64,000 nt of DNA, from assembly GCA_036785375.1 (NCBI GenBank), contig JAWMAR010000471.1, forward strand, positions 124,001 through 188,000, in the 5' to 3' direction. The position numbers were made by a program, and so were the translations under genes. Every line of letters starts with the position of its first letter. The first letter of the stretch is position 1. The DNA is from Leucoraja ocellata. Taxonomy: Eukaryota. The notes below the pieces were generated by a model that made no database searches, was not told the DNA's origin, and saw only the letters and a program-made list of their open reading frames with translations. Shown piece by piece: positions 12,121-22,697 of this stretch.

Positions 12121-12556
12121 ATGTTCGACTTGTGCTCCTTCCTGATAATTATGCTCGTGCGGGCAGGTGAGTGGGTATTTAAATGGTTAATATCCGTCAG
12201 AAAGGTCTAATCCACTTTCCGAAATGACCACGGCTCGTGTCTCTTGTTACAGGCATCTGTGAAGAGAAAGTGTCCCAGAGCCCGGCTGCGCTGAGGGCTG
12301 AGGAAGGACAGGACGTAACGGTAAGATGCAGCTACTCAACAACGTATACAACAAGCAATCTCTTCTGGTATAGCCAGTATCCAGGGGAAGCGCCGGAATA
12401 TGTGCTGAAGGGATATACCGACGGGTTAGCCGTTCCGTCTTCAGATGCCCCGGACAGACTTTCCGCTGTTCTACACAGAGGAAGTAAGACCTTCCCATTA
12501 AACATCTCCAGGATACACCTCTCGGACACGGTGACGTATTACTGCGCCATGAGGCC
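12121..12556 (+). CDS. TRAV: V5: TCR alpha/delta V segment, B type, intact
   Basis: Leader MFDLCSFLIIMLVRAG 12121-12166; V exon 12253-12556 with C, W and YYCAMRP. RSS CACACTG-23-ACAACAACC at 12557-12595. Confidence 0.92.
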
Positions 12557-13179
12557 CACACTGCTGCAGAGAGATAGAGGGTCCAAACAACAACCTTCCC
12601 CCGACATCCAGCGAGCGGACGTTAGAGGGCGCTGTTGTGTGAGCAAACTGCTGTGTAATTTATACGGCCACGGTTACACAAATCCATTACATTCCACACC
12701 ATACACAACATTCCCATCGGTTTCCATGTGAAACGGACCACTATTTCGGAACAGTATGCCCAACAGATTTCCCACCGTCGCTTGACGAGGTACAAACGTG
12801 GGTAGGACAGGTTTAGACGATATGTGCCAAATTCAGGCAGATGGGACGATTGTAGATGGGACACGTTGGTCGGTGTGGGCAGGTAGTGACGAAGAGCCTG
12901 TTTCCACATTGTAAGACTCTATGAGTCTATGACTCAATGAGTATACTTATTTTTTTTTGCGCAGTTATTAGACCGAATCATATTTCCCCTAATTTTCCTT
13001 CGAGACGCCTCTGAGGATCAATTGGATTATTTGAATCCAATAACGGCCTATAGATAGTCACAGGGTATGCAAGTGATGACGGTATATTGATGAGATTGAA
13101 GGTGATTGGTTTAACTTGGAATCATGGTCGGCTCGGACATTGAATGCCGAAACGCCTATCCCTGAGTTGTGCAGTTCCA

Positions 13180-13380
13180 TCTTTTAATTCTTGTGCGTTG
13201 GCACGGTGTATCCCCGTGTAGCCCAGCCCCGGAGGCAACAGATTGCGCCGTCAAACAGGCGGATAATGTCGAGGGAACACCTTAATTCCACGAAACGTTC
13301 ACTGAGGTAGTGCCTAACGCAAAAAAACTTTGAAAAAAGCCATTGCGCAAATTTCTCATTGACCTTCCGGCGAATGAACG
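13180..13380 (-). pseudogene. Decayed inverted V relic, copy 4 (more diverged)
   Basis: Homologous position and sequence (atccgcctgtttgacggcgcaatc...gggcta CACGGGG). Nonamer is poor. Confidence 0.35.
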
Positions 13381-13390
13381 CGGGAAAGGG

Positions 13391-14166
13391 NNNNNNNNNN
13401 NNNNNNNNNNNNNNNNNNNNNNNNNNNNNNNNNNNNNNNNNNNNNNNNNNNNNNNNNNNNNNNNNNNNNNNNNNNNNNNNNNNNNNNNNNNNNNNNNNNN
13501 NNNNNNNNNNNNNNNNNNNNNNNNNNNNNNNNNNNNNNNNNNNNNNNNNNNNNNNNNNNNNNNNNNNNNNNNNNNNNNNNNNNNNNNNNNNNNNNNNNNN
13601 NNNNNNNNNNNNNNNNNNNNNNNNNNNNNNNNNNNNNNNNNNNNNNNNNNNNNNNNNNNNNNNNNNNNNNNNNNNNNNNNNNNNNNNNNNNNNNNNNNNN
13701 NNNNNNNNNNNNNNNNNNNNNNNNNNNNNNNNNNNNNNNNNNNNNNNNNNNNNNNNNNNNNNNNNNNNNNNNNNNNNNNNNNNNNNNNNNNNNNNNNNNN
13801 NNNNNNNNNNNNNNNNNNNNNNNNNNNNNNNNNNNNNNNNNNNNNNNNNNNNNNNNNNNNNNNNNNNNNNNNNNNNNNNNNNNNNNNNNNNNNNNNNNNN
13901 NNNNNNNNNNNNNNNNNNNNNNNNNNNNNNNNNNNNNNNNNNNNNNNNNNNNNNNNNNNNNNNNNNNNNNNNNNNNNNNNNNNNNNNNNNNNNNNNNNNN
14001 NNNNNNNNNNNNNNNNNNNNNNNNNNNNNNNNNNNNNNNNNNNNNNNNNNNNNNNNNNNNNNNNNNNNNNNNNNNNNNNNNNNNNNNNNNNNNNNNNNNN
14101 NNNNNNNNNNNNNNNNNNNNNNNNNNNNNNNNNNNNNNNNNNNNNNNNNNNNNNNNNNNNNNNNNN
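13391..14166. other. Assembly gap
   Basis: Run of N, followed by a GA-rich tract to ~14345. Confidence 1.
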
Positions 14167-14560
14167 AAAGAAAAGAGGAAGAGAGCTAGAACCTGAGACG
14201 GGAGGTGTAGATTGGCGGGAAAATAGCTGGATGGGGCGAGAGCCAAAGTGAGAGCCAGAGAGAGAGAGAGTGAGAGAGAGAGTGCTGGAGAAAGTGGGAG
14301 AGAGAGATAAGGAAAGAGAGGCGGGAGAAGTGAGAGGAGGAAAGAATGTGTACGGACTTAAAAAACAACAGCGTCGTTTAAAAGTGCAAAAGCAGCATCC
14401 GGTCTGGAGAATTGCCCAATCAACACCAGTATCTGAGGGAAACGCCCCCTTGTGGATAAAGTGATCAAATCGCTGTTCAACGTTTCATTCACACAGAACA
14501 CACGACGGGAGAACACTAATGCCGCTCCATTCTTTCAGCGTTCTGTCCAAATTAGGAATC

Positions 14561-14988
14561 ATGTTCTCCATTTGTTCCTTCCTGATCATTATTCTCGTGC
14601 GGCCAGGTGAGTTGGTGTTTAAATGGTTAGTGTCCGTCAACAGAGACCATCCTATCCAGGAGTTATCACGCGTCGTATTTATTGTTACAGGAGTCGGCGA
14701 AGAGTCAGTGTCCCAGAGTCCGGCTGCGCTGAGGGTCAAAGAAGGGCAGAACGCAACGATAAATTGCAGTTACTCCACAACTGCATACACTCTCTTCTGG
14801 TACATCCAATATCCCGGTCAGGCGCCGAGCTATGTGCTGAAAGGATTAAGTGATGGGCCAGCCCAGCGAAATCCAGATTTCTCCGACAGATTTTCTGCTG
14901 TCTTGCACAAAGGGAGCAAGACATTTCCTTTAAATATCGCAGGGATGCAGCTTTCGGACCCGACGACATATTATTGCGCCATGACGCC
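14561..14988 (+). CDS. TRAV: V6: TCR alpha/delta V segment, family A, intact
   Basis: Leader 14561-14606; V exon 14691-14988 (SVSQSPAALRVKEGQNATINC...WYIQYPGQAP...YYCAMTP). RSS CACACGG-23-ACAAAAACC at 14989-15027. Confidence 0.92.
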
Positions 14989-15277
14989 CACACGGTTGCA
15001 GTGCGATCTGGGGTTCGAACAAAAACCACCCGCGAGGTTCCGGAGAACATTCACCAGAGGGCGCTGCTGTACGATAAATCAATAGTACATCTGATGCAGG
15101 AGCGAACGGCCCCATAACGGTCCGCATAATCTGCAATAGTCCCACCTATTCCCATGGGAAACGCATCGTATCCTCGGCAACATCATTCCAAACAACCTCA
15201 CCACCCTGCTTCCTCGAGTGCATATATTATGTGCATTCTCGACTGACGTATTGGATGGATTAACATTTTCTCTATCA

Positions 15278-15756
15278 TAGAAACCTAGAAACATAGAAAA
15301 TAGGTGCAAGAGTATAGGCCTTTCGGCCCTTCGAGCCTGCACCGCCATTCATTATGATTATGGCTGATCATCCAACTCAATATCCTGTACCTGCCTTTTC
15401 TCCATACCCCCTGATCCCTTTAGCCACTAGGGCCACATCTAACACCCTCTCAAAATAGCCAATGAACTGGCCTCAACTACCTTCTGTGGCAGAGAATTCC
15501 AGAGTTTCACCACTCTCTGTGTGCAAAATGTTTTTCTCATCTCGGTCCTAAAAGATTTCCCCCATTATCCTTAAACTGTGACCCCCTTGTTCTGGACTTC
15601 CCCAACATCGGAAACAATCTTTCTGCATCTAGCCTGTCCAACCCCTGAAGAATTTTGTAAGTTTCTATAAGATTCCCCCTCAATCTTCTAAATCCTAGCG
15701 TGTACAAGCCGAGCCTATCCGGTCTTTCTTCATATGAAAGTCCTGACATCCCAGGA
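15278..15756 (-). mobile_element. CR1 LINE 3' fragment (short form)
   Basis: ORF 15537-15764 PGMSGLSYEER...LIETYKIL. Confidence 0.9.
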
Positions 15757-15881
15757 CTTTGCACCGGTAGCTTCTGGAGGTGAAGTTTTATCCACTAAAA
15801 CTAACAACGGTCATAGGATATGATTTCAATGGAAGGATATTGATGAGATTCGGGCAGAAGTGATTATGTTCTATCTTCTAA

Positions 15882-16042
15882 TTATTTTGCGACGCCCTGT
15901 ATCTCAGGGGGCGGCAATACACCGCGCCGCCACACAGTCGCGTCATATCGAGGGTGATTTCCCCTCCACCAAATGTTCCTTGAGATAGTTAATGAGGTTT
16001 ATGTGCTTGGAAATAAATCAGGTGCCAGATTTCTCTGGGATT
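15882..16042 (-). pseudogene. Decayed inverted V relic, copy 5 (RSS spacer deleted)
   Basis: Same block as 9751-9945, with the spacer lost between two tttgcg repeats. Confidence 0.45.
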
Positions 16043-16252
16043 NNNNNNNNNNNNNNNNNNNNNNNNNNNNNNNNNNNNNNNNNNNNNNNNNNNNNNNNNN
16101 NNNNNNNNNNNNNNNNNNNNNNNNNNNNNNNNNNNNNNNNNNNNNNNNNNNNNNNNNNNNNNNNNNNNNNNNNNNNNNNNNNNNNNNNNNNNNNNNNNNN
16201 NNNNNNNNNNNNNNNNNNNNNNNNNNNNNNNNNNNNNNNNNNNNNNNNNNNN
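16043..16252. other. Assembly gap
   Basis: Run of N. Confidence 1.
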
Positions 16253-16437
16253 GTCATGACGGACTTTAGACACAACAGCGCGTTTTCAAATGTGCAAAAG
16301 TAGCCTTCGGTATGGGAAATTGGCCAATCAACAACAGTAACTAAGTAACACGCCCCCTTGCGCATAAAATGATGCAAAACGCCGGAAACAAACTAACGCC
16401 GCTGCATTCTTTCAGCGCGTTGTCCCAATTAGGAGTA

Positions 16438-16874
16438 ATGTTTCCCCTCTCCCCCTTCCTGATATTTATTCTCGTTCGGGCAGGTGAGTTGGCGTTTAAA
16501 TTGCGTTTGTGACCGTGAAGGGAGTCAGATTATTTCCCAGGGTGACTGCATGTCGTATTCATTGTTACAGGAGTCGGCGAGGAGTCGGTGTCCCAGAGTC
16601 CGGCTGCGCTGAGAGCCGAGGAAGGGCTGGACGTAACGTTAAACTGCAACTACTCCACAAAGTTCACTTCTAACACCTTTTTCTGGTACACCCACTATCC
16701 CGGACATGCGCCGAGATACCTACTGAAGGGATTCCGCGATGGGTTAGCCCAACCAGCTCCAGATATTTCCAACAGATTCTCTGCCTTTTTACACGAAGAG
16801 AGTAAGACCTTTCCGTTAAATATCTCCAGGATACGCCTTTCGGACGCTGCGACATATTACTGCGCCATGGCGCC
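16438..16874 (+). CDS. TRAV: V7: TCR alpha/delta V segment, family A/B, intact
   Basis: Leader MFPLSPFLIFILVRAG 16438-16483; V exon 16571-16874 ending YYCAMAP. RSS CACACTG-23-ACAAAAACC at 16875-16913. Confidence 0.92.
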
Positions 16875-17182
16875 CACACTGTTGCAGAGAGATAGAGGGT
16901 TCAAACAAAAACCGTACGACGGTCCTCTTTCGAGAGGCCACCAGAGGGCGCGGTTGTGTGAGAAATCTGTAGCGTATCTGATGCAACCACGATCGCGAAC
17001 TTCGAGAGCGATCTACACCGTCCACAATATTCCACTCGTTTTCCACGTGAAACATGCCATTCCCTCGGCAAAATGACGCCAAACAGTTTCCCCACCCCTG
17101 CTATATCGACTGCATTTATTGGTCTAGTTATTAGTCCATGGGATGGCGGAACTCTCATATGAGGAACGATTGAAAAGACTAG

Positions 17183-17878
17183 ATGTTTAAGAAGGACCTC
17201 CAGATGCTGGAAAATCGAAGGTACACAAAAATGCTGGAGAAACCAGCTTCTCCCAGGGCACTTTCCATTGCAACCGCAAGAGATGCAACGCTTGTCCCCT
17301 TACCTCCCCCCTTCGACTCCATTCAAGGATCGAAGCAGTCGTTCCAGGTGCGACAGAGGTTCACCTGCACCTCCTCCAACCTCATCTATTGCATCCGCTG
17401 CTCTAGGTGTCAGCAGGTCTACATAGGTGAGACCAAGCGTGGGCTTGGTGATCGTTTCGCCGAACACCTCCGCTCGGTCCGCAATAACCAACCTGACCCC
17501 CCGGTGGCTCAGCACTTCAACTCCCCCTCCCACTCCGTATCCTACCTCTCTGTCTCCTCCATTGCCAGAGCGAGCAACACCGGAAATTGGAGGAACAGCA
17601 CCTCATATTCCGCTTGGGCAGTCTGCATCCTGGTGTCATGAACATTGAATTCTCCCAGTTTTGTTAGTCCTTGCTGTCTCCTCCCCTTCCTCAGCCCTCT
17701 GGTTGTTTCTTCCCATCCATCAGCCTTCGGGCTCCTCCTCCTTCCTTTTCCTCTCTTCTCCCCCACCCCCCCCCCCCCCATCATTCTGAAGAAGGGTTTC
17801 GGCCCGAAACGTTGCCTTTTTCCTTCGCTCCATTGATGCTGCTGCACCAGCTGAGTTTCACCAGCATTTTTGTGTACC
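17183..17878 (+). mobile_element. Penelope-like element 3' fragment (GIY-YIG endonuclease region + terminal repeat)
   Basis: FTCTSSNLIYCIRCSRCQQVYIGETKRGLGDRFAEHL...VAQHFN. Flanked by the 14-bp duplication attgaaaagactag (17169-17182 and 17879-17892). Confidence 0.9.
17786..17813 (+). ncRNA. Minimal type I hammerhead ribozyme motif in the Penelope terminal repeat
   Basis: CTGAAGA-a-GGG tttcgg CCC-GAAAC-GTT: conserved CUGANGA and GAAA boxes, 3-bp stem II, palindromic AACGTT stem III. Confidence 0.7.
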
Positions 17879-18477
17879 ATTGAAAAGACTAGGCGTGTAT
17901 TCACTGGAGTTTAGAAGGATGAGGGGGTTCTCAAAAGAGACATATACAATTAAAAAAAAGGACTGGACAAGCTAGAGGCAGGAAAAATGTTCCCAATGTT
18001 GGGCGAGTCCAGAACCAGGGGCACAGTCTTAGAATAAAGGGGTGGTTAAATGACCACCCAGAGAGTTGTGAATTTAGGGAATTCCCCGCCACAGAGGGCA
18101 GTGGAGGCCAAGTCACTGGATGGATTTAAGAGAGAGTTAGATAGAGCTCTAGGGGCTAGTTGAGTCAAGGGATATGTGGAGAAGGCAGGCACGGGTTATT
18201 GATAGGGGACGATCAGCCATGATCACAATCAATGTCGGTGCTGGCTCGAAGGGCCGAATGGCCTCCTCCTGCACCTATTTTCTATGTTTCTATGTAGATG
18301 GGAAAAAAAAATCTCCCATCCACACGTCTCTGTGCGGTTAACTTTGATCCGTTGAAAGTAATAGCGACTTTAGATAGTCACAAAATATCCTGGGAATGGA
18401 GGCATATTAATGAGATGCCGGCAGAAATATTCAGTTTAACTGGACATCATGTTTGGCACGGACATTGTGGGCATATA

Positions 18478-18652
18478 GGTCGCTGCCTCAAAAAGGCTGG
18501 CAGTATCATCAAAGACCCACACCATCCTGGCCACACACTCATCTCCCTGCTACCTTCAGGTAGAATGACAGGAGCCTGAGGACTGCAACAACCAGGTTCA
18601 GGAATAGCTACTTCCCCGTAGCCATCAGGCTATTGAACCTGGCTCGGACAAA
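18478..18652 (+). mobile_element. Rex1/Babar 3' fragment
   Basis: AGSIIKDPHHPGHTLISLLPSGR; matches 4215-4380. Confidence 0.8.
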
Positions 18653-18743
18653 ATAGTGAGTGGAGGCGATGTCGCACCGTTGAATTGCAACTACACAGCT
18701 ACAATCACGAGCCATCTTGGACTAATCTGGTTCCGTCAACATG

Positions 18744-19030
18744 GCTCTGTCTCACGGTGCCAGTCCACCCACGTGTGATCCCGAGTGTAAAGCAAATCAA
18801 ACTCGTGGTAATCACGTAGAATTAACGTAACGGGAACGTCGGAACTCGTAACGCTAACGGCAGGTACTCGGGAAACCTATTAACTCAGGAAAATCTTTCA
18901 ACATGATGAAAGATTTCTACGAGTCAAATTTACTCTTGAAGTAAACAAATTAAACTTTTAAACTCGTTGTAAGTACGTAGTAGCCCGTGAGTTTACCGTA
19001 GTGACTCGTGAGTCTACCGTGGGCACTCTT
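18744..19030. mobile_element. Possible non-autonomous DNA transposon/MITE remnant
   Basis: CpG-rich, repeated actcgt/acgag sub-motifs, imperfect palindrome aaatctttcaacatgatgaaagattt at 18891-18916. Family not identified. Confidence 0.35.
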
Positions 19031-19430
19031 TAACTCAGCGGGACAGGCAGCATCTCTGCAGAGTAGGAATGGGTGACGGGATGCCGTTTCCAAAATTATG
19101 CTGCGTCTTTGTGTCACTCCAGCACTGTGTGTTCACATTTTGTCAACTAGCATGTGCCCTTCCTTGTGTATGACATTATTTGTGTCTTCAGAAAACAGAG
19201 GAGGCTTGAGATGATTGGCAACGGAGAAGCTGTGAGGTGATTGGCGGAATCAGGGGGGGGGGGGGGGGGGGGTTGGAGAACACATGCTCTCTGTTCCGAG
19301 AGGACGTGCTGTCGTCAAAAATAAACCAATGAATAGAGAGCCTAGACCACATCTCTTTCACAATATCCGATTAAACCTATTTCCCGATGAGACCATTTCA
19401 GTTCATATTCACTCTCAAAGCAATCACAAC

Positions 19431-20157
19431 ATGTTGGCCGTGATTATTTATTCGCTTCTCGCCGCTGCAGCTCTCTTAACCGGTAGGTTCACGGCGTTTC
19501 CGAGCCTGTATATTACTACGGGGCATGATATTAACTCAAACTAGTTTGAATGCAATAGAATGAGTTAAGAAAGGGAATCACCCCCATGTTCTACCGAGGA
19601 GTGTTAAAATATTATCTTTTCCCCCTCCCAAGACAGAATGATGGCGAGCAGAGGGCAATGGAAAGGGGTAAATTATCTTTTTAAATACTATTTAATTCAG
19701 TAATATCCAGCGCGTTCCCGCCACCTTGATGTGGGTTTTAGGGGAGAGTATTATTTGCTGCTGTTGTCCCTCAGCTCAGTATCAAGATATGGGGCATTCT
19801 CCAGTGTGAACATATTGCGATAATATAATTTAATTTAATTTCGTCCCCTGGCTCTTGCAGGGCATTGTCGAGGCGACGCCGTTTCTCAGACACCGGCAGC
19901 GGTAACAGTGAATGAAAGGGATGGTGCCCAGTTGAATTGCAGCTATACAGCTACAGGTACCAGCAGCCCTGGACTAATCTGGTACCGTCAGTATCCTGGC
20001 GGATCCCTTGAGTTTCTGCTGTTCAGAACGAAATACGAACCCGCGCCGAAGAACAATGCCGGGGAACGTTTCTCTGCGGAGCTCGACGATTCGACAGGAA
20101 CGGTCCCGCTGACGGTGTCACAAACGCGGCTCCGAGACTCGGCGATGTATTACTGCG
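19431..20157 (+). pseudogene. TRAV: V8: TCR alpha/delta V, family C (most diverged), heptamer deleted
   Basis: Leader MLAVIIYSLLAAAALLTG 19431-19482; V exon from 19861 open to YYC. 14 nt missing across the coding end and CAC. Spacer and nonamer (20184-20192) intact. Confidence 0.88.
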
Positions 20158-20209
20158 GAGGCGCAGAATTGGGCTGAGCCTGTACAAAAACTGCCAGAAA
20201 GTGAAGAAA

Positions 20210-20828
20210 GCGAATACAGGAGCAAAGAGGTCCTTCTGCAGTTGTACAGAGCCCTAGTGAGACCACACCTGGAGTATTGTGTGCAGTTTTGGTCCCCTAA
20301 TTTGGGGAAGGACATTCTTGCTATTGAGGGAGTGCAGCGTATGTTTACAAGGTTAATTGCCGGGACGATGGGGCTGTCATATGCTGAGAGAATGGAGCAG
20401 CTGGGCTTGTACACTCTGGAATTTAGAAGGATGAGAGGAAATCTTATTGAAACATATAAGATTGTTAAGGGCATGGACAAGCTAGAGGCAGGAAACATGT
20501 TACCGATGTTGGAGGAGTCCAGAACCAAGGGCCACAGTTTAAGTATAAGGAATAAGCCATTTAGAACGGAGACGAGGAAACACTTTTTCTCACAGTGAGT
20601 GGTGAGTCTGTGGAACTCTCTGCTTTAGGGGTGGGGCAGGTTATGTGGATACTTTCAAGAGAGAGCTAGATAGGGCTCTTAAAATAGCGGAGTCAGGTGT
20701 TATGGAGACAAGACCGGGACGGGGTACTGATTGGGGATGATCAGCCATGATCACATTGAATGGCGGTGTTGGTTGGAAGGGCCGAATGGCCTTCTCCTGC
20801 ACCCATTGTCTATTGCCTATTGTCTATG
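20210..20828 (+). mobile_element. CR1 LINE 3' fragment
   Basis: ORF 20242-20598 YRALVRPHLEYCVQFWSP...LIETYKI. Confidence 0.9.
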
Positions 20829-21039
20829 ATTGGGCAACAGAAGCAGTGATGTGATTGGCGGAATTCAGAAACTTCGGGGAGTTGGAGAACAAGTTAGCTC
20901 CGCGCCGACGGGATGTGACGCTGTCAAGAATAAGTCAATGAATGAAGAACCTAGACCACTTCTCTTTCACAATATCAGATTAAACCTGTTTCCGGATGAG
21001 ACCATTTCAGTTCATATTCACTCTCAATGCAATTACAAC

Positions 21040-21897
21040 ATGCTTTCATTGACAATGTATTGGCTTTTTACAGCTGCAGCTCTCTTAACCGGTAAGTTCA
21101 CGATGTTTCCAATAATGTAGGGCACGATATTTAATCAACCAAATACCTTGAATGCAACACAACGACTTTAGAAAGGGAGTCCGTATGAGGACAGTAAACG
21201 TAGAGCACATTGGGAAAAAAGATGCAGTTTCACAGTAATTGATGTTCGGAAATTTGAGGTGAGTTTCCAGGTTAATTGTTGGAAAGCAGCGCCGACGGAG
21301 AAGCATCGTAGAGTTAGAACACACCGGTGGTTCACGCACGAGTGATCTACGATTTCCCCCTTCCTCTCCGGATGCAATAGCGATGTCTTGGACGATGGAA
21401 CGGGTTGTATTATCTTTAAAGATAAATTTATTCGGTAATTCCCAGCGCCTTTCCGCCCATCTTTATTTAGCTTTTAGAGGAGGGGTATGTTTGATGTCAT
21501 TGTACCTCATATCAGTATCAGGATGAGGGATATTCTGAAGTATGAGCTGAATTAGATGATGTTGTGTTATTTATCCCCGGACTCTTGCAGGGAATTGTCG
21601 AGGCGACGCCGTTTCTCAAACACCGGCAGCGGTTACAGTGAGTGAAGGGGAGGATACAAAATTGAACTGCAACTATACAGCTACAAGCACAAGCAATCCT
21701 GGACTAATCTGGTACCGTCAGTATCGCGGCGGATCCCTTGAGTTTCTGCTGCTCAGAATGAAATACAAAGGCGGCGAGAAGAACAATGCCGGGGACCGTT
21801 TCTCTGCGGAGCTCGACCATTCGACAGGAACGGTCCCGCTGACGGTGTCACACACGCGGCTCCGAGACTCGGCGATGTATTACTGCGCTCTGAACCC
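21040..21897 (+). CDS. TRAV: V9: TCR alpha/delta V, family C, intact
   Basis: Leader 21040-21091; V exon 21591-21897. RSS CACGGTG-23-ACAAAAACT at 21898-21936. Confidence 0.92.
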
Positions 21898-22219
21898 CAC
21901 GGTGGCACAGAATTGGGCTGAGTCTGTACAAAAACTAGCAGAGATGCCAGTGAGCGCGTTTGTCAGCTTCGGCGCGCCCATGTTGATTGCTGCACCCGTC
22001 CCAACGCCAGTGTGTTTGCTGTCATTAATACACGATTTTTAAATATTAAAATCCCCCATGATAATTGGGTTGAAGAATAGCTTCTAACAAGCAAATATTA
22101 GGTTCTTGAACACTACACAGCACTAAAAGATGAACTATGAAATGTATTCGGTTGCATTAAGCACTTCATGCATCTTCTGCACATGGACCTAGTTGTTAAT
22201 TTATTGAATTTTGTTTATT

Positions 22220-22412
22220 ACAAGGACTTTGGGACTTTTGCCTTCCTTCACAGTGAGGAGGTGCCTGGTGGACTCACTGTGGTGGATGTTAAAACTGTGT
22301 TGAGTGTGTGTTTTGTTATTTTATTCTATGTTATGACAGCTCGGTTAAACCATTTCGTTGTACTGTAAATGTGCAGTGACAATAAAGTTGAATCTAATCT
22401 AATCTAATCTAA
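22220..22412 (+). mobile_element. ~190-bp retroposon 3' end with AATAAA + (AATCT)n tail, carried in most family C units
   Basis: acaaggactttggg...caataaagttgaatctaatctaatct. Absent (empty site) at ~23790, 33720, 40440 and 59550. Confidence 0.6.
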
Positions 22413-22697
22413 TTATATATTGCACTTCCGGCCTTGCCCCTCCTGTGACGTAATTGGACCAGGAAACAAAGGAGGTGTGAGATGATTGGGCAGCAAAAGC
22501 AGTGATGTGATTGGCGGAATTAAGAAACTAAGTGAATTCGGGGAGTTGGAGAACAAATTGGCACCGCGCCGACGGGATGTGACGTTGTCAAGAATAAGCC
22601 AATGAATGAAGAACATCGACCCTTTCACAATATCAGATTAAACCTGTTTCCGGGTGAGACCATTTCAGTTCATATTCACTCTCATTGCAATTACAAC

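Larger units (their letters stand above)
17140..18295 (+). mobile_element. CR1 LINE 3' fragment interrupted by a Penelope insertion
   Basis: tcatatgaggaacgattgaaaagactag|gcgtgtattcactggagtttagaagg rejoins as SYEERLKRLGVYSLEFRR. Ends in a tttctatg tail. Confidence 0.85.

Noticed and set aside
13343-14251. Long ORFs spanning N runs
   Set aside because: Artefacts of assembly gaps.
14519-15085. 188-aa single-exon ORF through the V6 leader intron
   Set aside because: The 84-nt intron is open by chance. Paralogous introns are mostly 85-87 nt or contain stops, and splice sites are canonical.
19033-19170. Second Penelope-type terminal fragment on the minus strand
   Set aside because: It resembles such repeats, but the hammerhead core is absent and it is too short and degraded to support a call.
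21027-21034. ATGCAATT as an Ig octamer, implying IgH/IgL or TCR-associated Ig-like V genes
   Set aside because: One mismatch and only 5 nt from the ATG. Promoters have CRE/ETS motifs, and the proteins have TRAV-type motifs with 23-RSS.
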